64,000 nt of DNA, from contig JAZURI010000011.1 in assembly GCA_045606105.1 (NCBI GenBank), positions 70,836 to 134,835 on the forward strand. Reading direction: 5' to 3'. Shown one piece after another: positions 20,663 to 31,116 of the stretch. The notes beneath the pieces were generated by a model. It saw nothing but the letters and a program-made list of their open reading frames with translations. It searched no databases and was not told the origin of the DNA. Within the stretch, counting starts at the first letter, position 1, and each line of letters starts with the position of its first letter. The translations under genes and the position numbers were made by a program. This DNA comes from Spirochaetia bacterium. GTDB lineage: Bacteria > Spirochaetota > Spirochaetia > CADAEX01.

Positions 20663-21485
20663 AGGGTGAAAGGATTTCTCCCCTGTCTCCCGGCTTCACC
20701 CCTACCGATTCGCAGGCAGCCTGAACATTTTCCGCACCGAAATGACGGAGATTGTTGAGAATAGTCTTTCTTCTTGAAGAAAAGATATCACGGATTATTC
20801 CCAGAACCTCTTTCCTGTTTTCCATGGTAAAGAAATCATCCCTGGGGCTGAAGGTCACTATTCCGGAAACCACTTCAGGTACGGGATAGAAGCATCCCCC
20901 CTTGATATCCCCTTTATAAGCCACATCGCAGGAGAGCTGGCACAGAACCGAAAATGAGGAATAATCACTGCATCCCGGCTTTGCCGCAATACGCTGTCCC
21001 GCCTCCTTCTGGACGGTAAAAACCATCTCCGGAGCCAGACAATCCCCTTCAATCAGGGAGCTGATCATTGCAGAAGCGCTGTTATAGGGAAGATTACCGA
21101 AAATGACATCCGGCTTTCCGTATTTTTCAAAAATACCTTTCCATGTCTTCACCATATCCCCTTCCGCAATCTCGAAACCGGGATTGGCACCGAACTGCTC
21201 TCCGAGAAATGAAATATAGCCCCTGTCGATCTCAAAAACCACAAGACGACCTGTATCCCCCACCCTTTTCAGGGCCATGGAGGTCATGGAGCCCAGACCG
21301 CCGCCGATTTCCCAGACATAGCTTCCCTCTTTTATGTTGACGAAGCTGAGAACCTTTTCACGGGCTGAAGGAGAAATCATGAAGTTCTGACCGAATTTCT
21401 TGGTGGGGCTGAGTCCCCTTTCCTTAAGGAGGGCACATATTTCACTTTTTGAATCGTAGTTCAACGGTATCTGCATGGAAAACAT
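20604..21485 (-). CDS. rsmA: 16S rRNA (adenine1518/1519-N6)-dimethyltransferase
   Basis: KsgA signature KKFGQNFM and SAM motif EIGGGLGSMT. Confidence 0.85.
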   Translation of the reverse strand: MFSMQIPLNYDSKSEICALLKERGLSPTKKFGQNFMISPSAREKVLSFVNIKEGSYVWEIGGGLGSMTSMALKRVGDTGRLVVFEIDRGYISFLGEQFGANPGFEIAEGDMVKTWKGIFEKYGKPDVIFGNLPYNSASAMISSLIEGDCLAPEMVFTVQKEAGQRIAAKPGCSDYSSFSVLCQLSCDVAYKGDIKGGCFYPVPEVVSGIVTFSPRDDFFTMENRKEVLGIIRDIFSSRRKTILNNLRHFGAENVQAACESVGVKPGDRGEILSPSKIVELASALISSCRRCTG

Positions 21486-22807
21486 ATCAATACAATAACA
21501 ATTAACTGAAAAAATAGTAATACCCCGAAGGAAATATTTCCGTTTAAAGGTAGCCCCGGAACCATGGCTGCCGTATCGGTGATAAGGTAGATTCCTCGGG
21601 TAAGAAGGGCAAAAAGCTGCTGCTCAAAGGGAAAAAGGGGGAGAAATACACAGGCAAGCCCGGCGCACATGTAAACAGTCACCAGCGGAGAAACGACCAT
21701 GGAGGCGATAATCCCGGCGGGATAGATAATACCGAAATTCCACAGCACCACGGCCGATGTCATTATCACGGCACCCAGGGAACAGGCTATGGCAGAGCCC
21801 ACATACCGGGCCAGGGGCTTGGTCAGGATCAGTATGCCGGCAAGCGCCAGAAACGAAAGCTGAAAGGAAATGGAAAAGAAGTATGAAGGAAAAATCATCA
21901 GTGAAACAGAGTATGCAAAAAAAAGTACCTGAAGCAGATCGGTCTTACGGCCGGTCATCTTTCCCAGAGAAACAATGAAAAACATCAGCACGGCCCGGAA
22001 AAGGGAGGGAGAGATGCCGGCAAGCAGTAGATAGAGTACATTTATCACATTTACAGCAATCAGCGACGGGATGGGACCGGCCACCCTGCGGGCCAGAAAG
22101 AAGACGAAAAAAGAAATGATACCCAGATGCATGCCGGAAAGGGCCAGCACATGGGAAAGTCCTGCCATCCGGAACTTATCCCGTATCTCTACCGGCAGAT
22201 GATCCCGGTTTCCCAGGAAAAGGGCCTCTGCCAGGGAGCTTTCCCGGCCGAACACCCGGTTTATCTTTTCGGTAAAACAGGCAACGCCCCTTTTACGAAG
22301 CCGGAAGAATGGGCCGGGGACTCCCGCAGAGGAAGCTTTTCCGGCGGAAAAGCTTGATCCGTCCCTGCCGGGACGGACCTTTTCAAAGCATACACTTTCG
22401 CCCCAGAAGAATTTTTCCCCACGGGCAAATACCGTTATTTCGGCAGGGTACTCCATAAAAAGGTTGCCGCAGACGATACGGGTTACCGACAGGTCGTAAA
22501 GGTAGCTTCCTCCCGATATCATCCTTCCGTCTCCCTTCAGGACACCCTCCACTGCCGTGATATTTTTAAGTCCGGGAGGAAGCCCCTTTGCTGCAGGCTC
22601 GTACCTTACGGCTGTAATCCCGGCGGAAACCAATCCCCATATAATGAAAACTGCAAGCCTCTGACAACGGAGAACCTTTTTGTTCAGAATCCATGCAGCT
22701 CCGGAAAAAATGATGAGCCACGGAAAGAACAGCCCCCTGTCCGTAAAGAACAGGGGAACTGAACTAAAAAGAATGACTATGTAGGGTAGAAAATTTATTA
22801 CGCCCAC
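21461..22807 (-). CDS. ComEC/Rec2 family competence membrane protein
   Basis: Polytopic; conserved LSHVLALSGMHLGII competence-domain motif. Confidence 0.75.
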   Translation of the reverse strand: MGVINFLPYIVILFSSVPLFFTDRGLFFPWLIIFSGAAWILNKKVLRCQRLAVFIIWGLVSAGITAVRYEPAAKGLPPGLKNITAVEGVLKGDGRMISGGSYLYDLSVTRIVCGNLFMEYPAEITVFARGEKFFWGESVCFEKVRPGRDGSSFSAGKASSAGVPGPFFRLRKRGVACFTEKINRVFGRESSLAEALFLGNRDHLPVEIRDKFRMAGLSHVLALSGMHLGIISFFVFFLARRVAGPIPSLIAVNVINVLYLLLAGISPSLFRAVLMFFIVSLGKMTGRKTDLLQVLFFAYSVSLMIFPSYFFSISFQLSFLALAGILILTKPLARYVGSAIACSLGAVIMTSAVVLWNFGIIYPAGIIASMVVSPLVTVYMCAGLACVFLPLFPFEQQLFALLTRGIYLITDTAAMVPGLPLNGNISFGVLLFFQLIVIVLICFPCRYR

Positions 22808-22866
22808 GCCCTTTATAAAGGACGAAAGCGCATTTCTGCTTCAAGATAAGAAAAAAAAGTCAGAAA

Positions 22867-25389
22867 TCAGTCTGCACGAGGCCCGGCAACAAACTCGTAT
22901 TCGTTTGCACTTGAATAGAAGATGTCATTGAGCGTATCGTACATACCCACCTTTCCGTCAGACAGCCTTCTGCAAGGATACAGGTCTCCGATCAGCGTAT
23001 GGTCATGGTGCAGCTGCAGGTAATACAGCTTTCCGTGAGCCGATTCCGGAGTTGAGTTGTCCCTGAATACAAGAAGTACGTCATCGTTGAACGATCCTAC
23101 CGGTGACACATCAATGTTGAATGCATTGGACTCATTTTCGGCATTGATTACACCGAATCCGTGATAACGGCACAGATGCATCTTGCAAGGACCCTGGTCA
23201 AACCTTACCTCAAGACCCTGGTATGTTGTAGGTCCGTAATCAGCCTCAAAGATACGGAGAATACTGTTTCCGCGGAGTCTGAGGTCCGAGCTTCCGAATA
23301 TGGTTCTGGAGTGATGTCCGCCGTACCAGAACTTGATATCCACTCCTGTCTTTTCGTTAGGAGTATACGGAATGATAAAGTACGCATCATTTCCGTCCAC
23401 GTTCTCGATATATTCCAGCCTCTCGTACCAAAGGGCATAGATGGTTGTGTTGCTGTTGATCACTTCGGTATTGAAGTCAAACTTTTCTGTCTTGGCCGGG
23501 TTCTTGTACCAGCCGGCAAAGATATATCCTGATTTAACCGGGTCTGTCGGAACAGGAGCCGATTCACCTTCCAATACATTGATTGAAGAAGGATTAAGTG
23601 TACCACCGTCGGTATCATAGGTAACTTTATAGACACTACTGCTGCTGGACCATTCGCCGTAAAGGGTCATATCCTGGGTTACAGGCTGAGTGAAATCCCA
23701 TTTATTATTCCAATCAAACAATGCACCAAGGGCAGATCCGTACCAGCCTCTGAAAGCCTTGCCTGCCTCCAGGCTGACCTTAGGAATCTCCAGATAACCT
23801 CCCGTAGGAACAATCTGTGTATCTACCGTTGTTGTAGAAAGTGACCATCCGCTGTCCCTGATTACAAATGAAACTGTACATGTTGTATCATTTCCGTCGT
23901 CAACGCTGCCACCAAAGATACTTGTAGGAACAGCAATCCACTGCGCATAGTATGTGGTATTCTCTGTCAGTGCAGTATGTTCATGAACTCTGGTTCCGCC
24001 GTTTACTTCAGTACCCCATCCGTTGAGTACGAAGGTAACCCACCTGAGGCCTGCGGCATTTACCGTTGCTTCAGGAAGCAGTCCGATATGGTCTCCCTTG
24101 TATCCGCTTACAGTTGCAGGTGTAACATTTGTAGTATATGTGTTACCGTTATAGGAAGGCCTGTTTCCGTCAAATGTTACTGTAATCCATTCCCTGTGGG
24201 CATAGAGATTCATGTCTTCGGTAAAAGGCTCCATGGAAGTGAATCTTGTACCGCCGCCTCCGTTACCGTCTTCAGGTGCTGTATACCAGTATCCGTCCGA
24301 AAGTTCTCCCAGAGGAGGAAGGTCTGTCTGATCGGAAACTCCGCTGTAGGTCCTGAAACGCTGAGGTGTAGGATTATTGAAATAATAGAGGTTTATTTCT
24401 ATGGCATCAGCTATTTTCAGATAGCATACGGCCGGAGATACCGTATCTCCGTCCACGATACATTTTATTTCAAAGTTTCCGTATTCGTCCGCTTCATAGA
24501 GAAAGTTCCTGTTTGATCCGAACTGTACCAGAACTTCGTCCACATACCAGTCAAAATTTTCTCCCTGGCTTCCGCAGAGCAGACTGATTATTTCATCAAG
24601 GTCATTCTCCATGACTGTGGTTTTGCCCTTGAGCAGGAGGTTCCCCGAAGTAAACTCACCGGAAACCACGGCCTGATGATCCTCAAGCACCTCTACGGTG
24701 ATTACCTCTCCGTAGTGATATCCCACATATTCATCCCCGAATGTGAATGCCAGAGTATAGAATCCCACTTCAAGATCGTCAAGTGTTCCTGTAAACCTGA
24801 GAATTCCGTCGCTTCTGGTCATTGCAAAATCGGTGAAGAACTGTGTTTTTTCTCCCACAAGGGTATAGTTTACCGTAAGGTGTCCCCCCTGGCTTGAGAC
24901 CTGAGGAATAGTAACATCCATACGGATGGAGCCGGTTCCCATAGAGAGTTCCAGATCCACATCCACAAAATTGATTCCCATATTGATGTAGGTCTCGCAC
25001 TCACCATACATCAGTATATGGTCACTGCTGTCAAAGGCTGCAACGGTAAAATGCCATAATCCCTGGGAAAGTCCCACGGCATCCCCTATTGTAAAAGGCT
25101 GCCATTCGCGTACGGTACCGAAAGGAGTCAGCCCCGAGTCAAGCTCGAACAGAGGTTCTGCCTTATATTTGTAGGAAATTACCTCAGCACCCGGATCCGC
25201 ACTCAGGCTGGCATTGATCTTGCGCATAGGTCCGCCGTCAGAACCGGGAGCAGAGAGCCCGAAAATGATTTCGGAAGTTTTAATATTGGAGGCAGAAGCA
25301 TCCAGTGCCTTATCCACGCTGCCGTTGTCACAGGAAAAAAACATAGGAATGAGTAATAGAGATAATATTAAAAAAAGAAATCGTCTCAA
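22867..25389 (-). CDS. large surface lipoprotein with Listeria-Bacteroides (InlB B-repeat/Flg_new-like) repeats
   Basis: Lipoprotein signal (LLIPMFFSC); at least three repeats of the GWY…F-F-T-V…Y-A-W type (GYIFAGWYKNPAKTEKFDFNTEVINSNTTIYALW; FRGWYGS…DMTLYGEW; YWYTAPEDGNGGGGTRF…NLYAHREW). Apparent TTG start 8 nt downstream of AAGGAGG. Confidence 0.6.
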   Translation of the reverse strand: MRRFLFLILSLLLIPMFFSCDNGSVDKALDASASNIKTSEIIFGLSAPGSDGGPMRKINASLSADPGAEVISYKYKAEPLFELDSGLTPFGTVREWQPFTIGDAVGLSQGLWHFTVAAFDSSDHILMYGECETYINMGINFVDVDLELSMGTGSIRMDVTIPQVSSQGGHLTVNYTLVGEKTQFFTDFAMTRSDGILRFTGTLDDLEVGFYTLAFTFGDEYVGYHYGEVITVEVLEDHQAVVSGEFTSGNLLLKGKTTVMENDLDEIISLLCGSQGENFDWYVDEVLVQFGSNRNFLYEADEYGNFEIKCIVDGDTVSPAVCYLKIADAIEINLYYFNNPTPQRFRTYSGVSDQTDLPPLGELSDGYWYTAPEDGNGGGGTRFTSMEPFTEDMNLYAHREWITVTFDGNRPSYNGNTYTTNVTPATVSGYKGDHIGLLPEATVNAAGLRWVTFVLNGWGTEVNGGTRVHEHTALTENTTYYAQWIAVPTSIFGGSVDDGNDTTCTVSFVIRDSGWSLSTTTVDTQIVPTGGYLEIPKVSLEAGKAFRGWYGSALGALFDWNNKWDFTQPVTQDMTLYGEWSSSSSVYKVTYDTDGGTLNPSSINVLEGESAPVPTDPVKSGYIFAGWYKNPAKTEKFDFNTEVINSNTTIYALWYERLEYIENVDGNDAYFIIPYTPNEKTGVDIKFWYGGHHSRTIFGSSDLRLRGNSILRIFEADYGPTTYQGLEVRFDQGPCKMHLCRYHGFGVINAENESNAFNIDVSPVGSFNDDVLLVFRDNSTPESAHGKLYYLQLHHDHTLIGDLYPCRRLSDGKVGMYDTLNDIFYSSANEYEFVAGPRAD

Positions 25390-25446
25390 CTGTCTGCCTC
25401 CTTAAAAAAAACCTGTCCCGCAAGACGGGTTATACTTTTTAAAAGA

Positions 25447-26496
25447 TTAGTCTGTTACTGTAAAATCCATATTAATTGACATTGCGATGTTTCCGCTGGT
25501 TACGCCGCATGCGATGTTTGCAAACTGTGCTGCAGAAGGTGTCCAGCTGTAAGTTGCTTCATTGCCCGGCATAGGAGCTCCGTTGATGAACCACTGGTAA
25601 GTTGCACCGTCGGCAGGCACTGCTGTACAGGTGAATGTTACAGTCTGATTCTTGGCAATCTGTGTTACTGCCTCATCAGAATTATTTTTGGCTGCAAGTG
25701 TAAGAGTCAGCACTGCAAGACCGTTTACAGAAAGGGAAGGAGTCTGGAACAGACCGTAATCAAGGGTACCTGTAATGGCTGCTGTCTCTCCGCCGTCCAC
25801 TGTTACATAAAGAGGTACTGTTCCTACAGGGTTGTCGCCGTTCTTATATTCAAGATTTACCCAATACATGCCGGCTGCGAGGTTATCAATTGTCTCCTTA
25901 TCAAAATCTGCCTTTTCGGCTGTGCTTGATCCGTTAGGCACTACAGTGATAGTTTCGATTGCATTGGCTGTGTCTTCCACGGAACCGTAGGAAATTACAA
26001 GCTTGTCTCCGGAAGCTACTACTCTTTTTGCATCCACATCCACTGTGATTGTACCTTTCATTGTATCGTCAAATGCAGGTGATACATCAAATACAACCGG
26101 TGTGCCTGAGGCATTTACATAAGCTGTTTCGGTTCCTGTATAGAGCACGGCACCTTTTGCTGACCTTACCTGAATATCGAATGTCCACTGTCCCTGCTGG
26201 AAAAGACCGATGGTTCCGGTGGTTCCTCCAAATTCAGTAACCTGAGTCCATGCATCTCTCTTTCCGTAGGCATTTTCGCTGCCGGCCCACTGAGGTGTTG
26301 CCTTGTAATATATAGAGCTTACTGAACCGCGTCCTCCTGTAACGGATACGGCATAGGATGGGCCGTAGGAAGATATGTCAAATGATACACTTACAAGAGA
26401 CGGACCTGATGCAAGATCGTCAGAGCCGCCGTTCTGACAGGAACATACGAATATCATAGCCAGACAAAGCATTAATATTGTAAATTTTCTTTTCAT
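25447..26496 (-). CDS. lipoprotein, paralog A (C-terminal Ig-like domain)
   Basis: Signal peptide and lipobox MKRKFTILMLCLAMIFVCSCQNGGSDD; about 40% identical by eye to the 26778-27821 product, including the FQQGQWTFD and VTFTCTA-PA…TYQW-ING blocks. Confidence 0.6.
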   Translation of the reverse strand: MKRKFTILMLCLAMIFVCSCQNGGSDDLASGPSLVSVSFDISSYGPSYAVSVTGGRGSVSSIYYKATPQWAGSENAYGKRDAWTQVTEFGGTTGTIGLFQQGQWTFDIQVRSAKGAVLYTGTETAYVNASGTPVVFDVSPAFDDTMKGTITVDVDAKRVVASGDKLVISYGSVEDTANAIETITVVPNGSSTAEKADFDKETIDNLAAGMYWVNLEYKNGDNPVGTVPLYVTVDGGETAAITGTLDYGLFQTPSLSVNGLAVLTLTLAAKNNSDEAVTQIAKNQTVTFTCTAVPADGATYQWFINGAPMPGNEATYSWTPSAAQFANIACGVTSGNIAMSINMDFTVTD

Positions 26497-26561
26497 GTCT
26501 GTTCTCCGTCAAAATTGGAAATACAAAAAAATGTTATTCCTAACAAAATAATAAAAGAAAA

Positions 26562-26634
26562 TCGGGCAAGGCGGACTCGAACCGCCGGTCTCAACGTCCC
26601 GAACGTTGCGCGCTACCAACTGCGCTATTGCCCG
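26562..26634 (-). tRNA. tRNA-Pro (anticodon CGG)
   Basis: Manually folded reverse complement: acceptor CGGGCAA/TTGCCCG with the bacterial tRNA-Pro C1:G72 pair and A73; D-stem GCGC/GCGC; anticodon stem CAACG/CGTTG with loop TTCGGGA; 5-nt variable loop; T-arm GGCGG-TTCGAGT-CCGCC. CCA is not encoded. Confidence 0.8.
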
Positions 26635-26732
26635 AAAGAGTTACGGACTCCCCGCCGTCCAGGATAAATGATACGCTGGCTCCGCCTACGGGAGTTATAC
26701 CGTTCTTGTACATCTGCCGCCGTGACCGAAGA

Positions 26733-26766
26733 CAAAAAACCTGTCCCGCCGGGGACAGGTTTTACT
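26733..26766. terminator. bidirectional intrinsic terminator
   Basis: AAAAAA-CCTGTCCC-GCCG-GGGACAGG-TTTTACT: 8-bp GC-rich stem with flanking A and T runs, downstream of the lipoprotein gene ending at 26778. Confidence 0.6.
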
Positions 26767-26777
26767 ATATCATATCA

Positions 26778-27821
26778 TTAAGGCAATTCTGTTACCTGAT
26801 ATGTAATTGACTTGCTGACAACAATGTTTCCGCGGGTTGCTGTACAAGTAATGCTTGCATTCTGATATGCAGTCGGAGACCATTCATATGATGGTACTGT
26901 TGTTGCACTGCCTACAGCATCTCCGTTTATATACCACTGGTATGTTGTTTCGCCGGCAGGAGTTGCAGTACAGGTGAAAGTAACCACTCCGGCGTCGACA
27001 CTGCTCTCTATCTCGGAAAGGGTAAAGGATGATGAAATTCCGTTGATTGTAATGAGTGCTGTCTGGAATTCTCCTTCTACAAGGTTTCCGGAAATAGTTG
27101 CTGTCTGACCGGCATCAAGTGTAAAGTTGACGATTGCGCTACCTACTTCAGCTGTATTGTTCAGATATGTAAGCTTAACCCAGTAGTTGCCTGCTGCAAG
27201 GCCTTCCACATCATCAATCTCAAATGAAAGGCTTGGGCTGTCTGCTGCACATGTTTTTGTCTGATTTGTTTCTAGGTCAGCATCCTGTCCCACAAGTCCG
27301 TACTCCATAAGTACCTTGTTGAGATTCAAGGTCGGATTTATCTTGGCTGCTGTGATTGTATCAAATGCGATTGTACCTGTACCTACACCAGCTCCGCCGC
27401 GTGTTACAGTTACTTCTACAGGTGTATTTGCAGCATTGATGTATACTGTGGTTGCTGCTCCTGTATAAACAACGTTTGCACCACTTTTTACCTGAACATC
27501 GAATGTCCACTGTCCCTGCTGGAAGTATCCGAGATCCTTTTCTGCTGCATAATCTTCAATTTCGACAAATCCAGCTGTCTTTCCGAATACATTTTCGTTT
27601 GTCCAATTAGGAGTTGCCTTGTACCAGTAAGTAAGTTCGCCTGAAACACTTCCGCCGCTTACGGAAATGGTTCTCTGAGGTCCGTCTGCAGGAAGTTCTA
27701 CAGAAAGGTTTACTTTATATAAAGCGCCGCCTGCAATATCGTCGGAACCGGTTCCGTTCTGACATGAGCATACAAAAATCATTGCCATACAAAGCAAAAG
27801 TACGATTAAATTTTTTTTCAT
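26778..27821 (-). CDS. lipoprotein, paralog B (C-terminal Ig-like domain)
   Basis: Signal peptide MKKNLIVLLLCMAMIFVCSCQNGTGSDD is nearly identical to paralog A; shares the VTFTCTATPAGETTYQWYING C-terminal domain. Confidence 0.6.
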   Translation of the reverse strand: MKKNLIVLLLCMAMIFVCSCQNGTGSDDIAGGALYKVNLSVELPADGPQRTISVSGGSVSGELTYWYKATPNWTNENVFGKTAGFVEIEDYAAEKDLGYFQQGQWTFDVQVKSGANVVYTGAATTVYINAANTPVEVTVTRGGAGVGTGTIAFDTITAAKINPTLNLNKVLMEYGLVGQDADLETNQTKTCAADSPSLSFEIDDVEGLAAGNYWVKLTYLNNTAEVGSAIVNFTLDAGQTATISGNLVEGEFQTALITINGISSSFTLSEIESSVDAGVVTFTCTATPAGETTYQWYINGDAVGSATTVPSYEWSPTAYQNASITCTATRGNIVVSKSITYQVTELP

Positions 27822-27952
27822 AAAATTCTCCCTTTTTTTACGTAGATATTATCTGCGTAAAAAATATATATTGTAATATATATTCCTCTCATATTAAATT
27901 GTCAAATATTTTTTTATTGATTTATATAATTAAATTGAAGTAATATATAAGT

Positions 27953-29137
27953 ATGAAGCTTTATACTAAAAATCAGGTCATTACATATATTATTATCACT
28001 GCAGCTGTTTTCATCTTTGCATTTTTTGCTGCATACTCCTTTTTTCTGCCTGAAAAAAAGGAAACTGAAACAGGCAGAACCGCCGCCGGAACAGAGGCGG
28101 AATCTCCGTCCCCGTCACCGGCTCCTACCCTGACCCATGACGAGCAGGAAAACATACTTATCTACGAAAGGCTGAACCGGGCTGTGGTAAACATCTCCAC
28201 CGAAGTAATGACCTGGAACTGGTTTTTCGAATCGGTACCTCAGGAGGGGGGAAGCGGATCCGGTGCCATCATAGATAAGGAAGGATATATCCTGACCAAC
28301 AAGCACGTGGTGGAAAAGGCCTACAAGGTTTATGTGACCATAGCCGACGGTACCACCTTCGAAGGCAAGGTGGTGGGTGTGGATTACGAGAACGACCTGG
28401 CCGTGGTAAAGATAGAGCCGGGAGACCGGGATCTTACCGTAATAGAGTTCGGAGATTCGTCGGCCCTGAGGGTGGGACAGAAGGTGCTGGCCATAGGAAA
28501 CCCTTTCGGCTATGAAAGAACCCTTACCACCGGCGTCATCTCGGGTCTGGGACGCCCCATGGTCACTTCTGCCGAGAACAAGTACATAATCAAGGACATG
28601 ATCCAGACCGACGCCTCCATAAATCCGGGTAACTCCGGAGGGCCCATGATAGATTCGGGAGGAAAGCTCATCGGTATCAATACAGTTATCTATTCTCCGT
28701 CGGGAGGCTCCGTGGGAATAGGTTTTGCGGTTCCCGTAAATACAGCCAAGCGTGTAATTCCTGACCTGATAGCACACGGAAAAGTCAACAGAGGCTGGAT
28801 AGACATGGAATTTATAACCCTGTTTCCAAAGCTGGTGGAATATGCCAAGCTTCCCGTATCCAGAGGAATTCTGGTTTCCAGGGTAGAACGGGGAAGCAAT
28901 GCGGATAAAGCCGGCCTTAAAGGGGGCACCGATCAGGTACGCTACAGAAATTCTTCCTTCTATCTGGGAGGAGACATAATCACCGGCATCAACGGAAATG
29001 CAATCTCTTCCGTGGCTGACGTGTACAGCGCACTGGAAAATACCCGGCCCGGAGACAAGGCCAAGCTTACGGTAATCAGAAAAGGGAAGGAAATGATTCT
29101 GGAAACAGAGCTTTCCGAAAGAAGAAACCTGAAATGA
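27953..29137 (+). CDS. HtrA/DegP-family serine protease with PDZ domain
   Basis: N-terminal TM anchor; catalytic triad context (TNKHVV … DLAVVKI … GNSGGPM); C-terminal PDZ. Confidence 0.85.
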   Translation: MKLYTKNQVITYIIITAAVFIFAFFAAYSFFLPEKKETETGRTAAGTEAESPSPSPAPTLTHDEQENILIYERLNRAVVNISTEVMTWNWFFESVPQEGGSGSGAIIDKEGYILTNKHVVEKAYKVYVTIADGTTFEGKVVGVDYENDLAVVKIEPGDRDLTVIEFGDSSALRVGQKVLAIGNPFGYERTLTTGVISGLGRPMVTSAENKYIIKDMIQTDASINPGNSGGPMIDSGGKLIGINTVIYSPSGGSVGIGFAVPVNTAKRVIPDLIAHGKVNRGWIDMEFITLFPKLVEYAKLPVSRGILVSRVERGSNADKAGLKGGTDQVRYRNSSFYLGGDIITGINGNAISSVADVYSALENTRPGDKAKLTVIRKGKEMILETELSERRNLK

Positions 29138-31116
29138 AGAAATTCAGGACTGCAGCCCCCTACGAGCCGGCCGGAGACCAGATCAAGGCCATAAAGGAGC
29201 TGACCGAGGGGATAGAAAAGGGGTACAGGAAACAGATTCTCAAAGGGGTTACCGGCTCGGGCAAGACCTTTACCATGGCCAAGATCATAGAGAACGTGAA
29301 CAAGCCTACCCTTGTGCTTTCCCACAACAAGACCCTGGCAGCCCAGCTTTACAGGGAGTTCAAGGATTTCTTTCCCGACAATGCGGTGGAATACTTTGTT
29401 TCCTATTACGACTACTACCAGCCGGAAGCCTATGTTCCCTCCAAGGATCTCTACATAGAAAAGGATGCCAGTATAAACGAGGAGATAGAAAGGCTCAGGC
29501 TATCTGCCACCTCTTCCCTTCTGGAGCGGAAGGATGTAATCATAGTCTCCACCGTCTCCTGCATCTACGGTCTGGGAAGCCCGGACACCTACAAGGATAT
29601 GAGACTGATGCTCAGGGTGGGAGAAGAAAGGAACATCACAGCCATAGCCAGACAGCTGGTCTCCATGCAGTATGACAGGAATGACAATATAGGAGAGCGG
29701 GGAAATTTTCGTATCCACGGTGATACCGTAGACATTTTCCCGGCCTATACAAAGCACGGCTACAGAATAAACCTGGACTGGGACGAAATAGCATCCATCA
29801 CCGAATTTGACCCTGTTACCGGAAACACTGTAGAAACCTACGACTTTATCACCGTATATCCGGCAAAGCATTTCGTGGTTCCCGAAGCAGATCTGAAAAA
29901 AGCCATAGAGGGTATCAGGGAGGAGATGGAAGAAAGGTACAGGGAGCTGACCGAGGCAGGAAAGCTGCTGGAGGCACAGAGAATAAAATCCCGCACCGAG
30001 TACGATATGGAAATGCTGGAGGAAATGGGATACTGTACCGGAATCGAAAACTATTCCAGACACATAACCGGAAGAAAGGAGGGGGAACGCCCTTATGTTC
30101 TTCTGGATTATTTTCCCAAGGATTTTCTCCTGTTTGTGGACGAATCCCATGTTACCCTTTCCCAGGTCAGGGCCATGTACGAGGGGGACCGTTCCAGAAA
30201 GACCACACTCTACGACCATGGCTTCAGGCTGAAATCGGCCCTGGATAACAGACCGCTGGTTTACAGCGAGTTCGAGGCCATGCAGGATAAGGTTATCTAT
30301 GTTTCCGCCACCCCCGGCAAGGAGGAGTACGAGAAGGGAGAAAATACCGTGGAACAGATTATCCGCCCTACAGGACTTCTGGATCCTGAAATCACCGTAA
30401 GGGGAACAAAGGGACAGATTGAAGATCTTTACAGCGAGATAAAGGAAAGGATAAAGGCTGACGAAAGGGTTCTCATCACCACTCTGACCAAGAAAATGGC
30501 GGAGGATCTTACCGATTACCTCAGCGGACTGGGACTGAAGGTCCGATATATGCATTCCGAAATCGAAACCTTTGAACGGGTGGAGATTATCAAGGAGCTC
30601 AGGACAGGAAAGTGCGATATAATAGTAGGAATCAACCTGCTGAGAGAGGGACTTGATATTCCGGAGGTCTCACTGATTGCCATCATGGATGCGGACAAGA
30701 TAGGCTTTCTCCGCTCTGCCACATCCCTTATCCAGACCATAGGAAGGGCTGCAAGAAATGTGAACGGCAAGGTAATAATGTATGCCGACAGGATGACCGA
30801 AGCCATGGAGGAGGCCATAAAGGAGACACAGCGCCGCCGCGAAATCCAGCAGAAATACAACGAAGAGCACGGAATCACCCCTGTTACCGTAAAAAAGGCA
30901 GTTCAGGATATCCTTATCAGGAAGCATGCAGACAAGGTAAAAGGGGGAGAAACCAATGTTGAGGTTATCAAGAACAGCTATAATATGGTTAATCCTAAGG
31001 AAAGGAAAAAGCTGATAAAGGCCCTGGAAAAGGAGATGCTGGAGCATGCCAAGAATCTTGAGTTTGAGGAAGCGGCCATACTGAGGGATGAAATAGAAAA
31101 GCTCAGTGCTTTCTGA
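29134..31116 (+). CDS. uvrB: excinuclease ABC subunit B
   Basis: Walker [13 protein letters not shown], helicase motifs, C-terminal UvrB/UvrC interaction helix; 660 aa. Confidence 0.95.
   Translation: MKKFRTAAPYEPAGDQIKAIKELTEGIEKGYRKQILKGVTGSGKTFTMAKIIENVNKPTLVLSHNKTLAAQLYREFKDFFPDNAVEYFVSYYDYYQPEAYVPSKDLYIEKDASINEEIERLRLSATSSLLERKDVIIVSTVSCIYGLGSPDTYKDMRLMLRVGEERNITAIARQLVSMQYDRNDNIGERGNFRIHGDTVDIFPAYTKHGYRINLDWDEIASITEFDPVTGNTVETYDFITVYPAKHFVVPEADLKKAIEGIREEMEERYRELTEAGKLLEAQRIKSRTEYDMEMLEEMGYCTGIENYSRHITGRKEGERPYVLLDYFPKDFLLFVDESHVTLSQVRAMYEGDRSRKTTLYDHGFRLKSALDNRPLVYSEFEAMQDKVIYVSATPGKEEYEKGENTVEQIIRPTGLLDPEITVRGTKGQIEDLYSEIKERIKADERVLITTLTKKMAEDLTDYLSGLGLKVRYMHSEIETFERVEIIKELRTGKCDIIVGINLLREGLDIPEVSLIAIMDADKIGFLRSATSLIQTIGRAARNVNGKVIMYADRMTEAMEEAIKETQRRREIQQKYNEEHGITPVTVKKAVQDILIRKHADKVKGGETNVEVIKNSYNMVNPKERKKLIKALEKEMLEHAKNLEFEEAAILRDEIEKLSAF

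Noticed and set aside
25411-25440. Possible intrinsic terminator downstream of the 25447-26496 lipoprotein gene
   Set aside because: Only a 4-bp stem (CCCG/CGGG) can be drawn before the T-run; too weak to annotate, unlike the clear hairpin at 26733-26766.
26641-26700. Sequence upstream of tRNA-Pro with partial similarity to the tRNA 3' half (GGACTCCCCGCCGTCC vs GGACTCGAACCGCCGGTC)
   Set aside because: It is on the 5' side of the tRNA and too degenerate to call an att-site duplicate; probably chance GC-rich similarity.
29500-30555. 351-aa ORF on the minus strand inside uvrB
   Set aside because: Antisense to a very well-supported uvrB. Its Gly/Leu/Val-rich composition is typical of a shadow ORF in a GC-balanced gene, and there is no start or RBS context.
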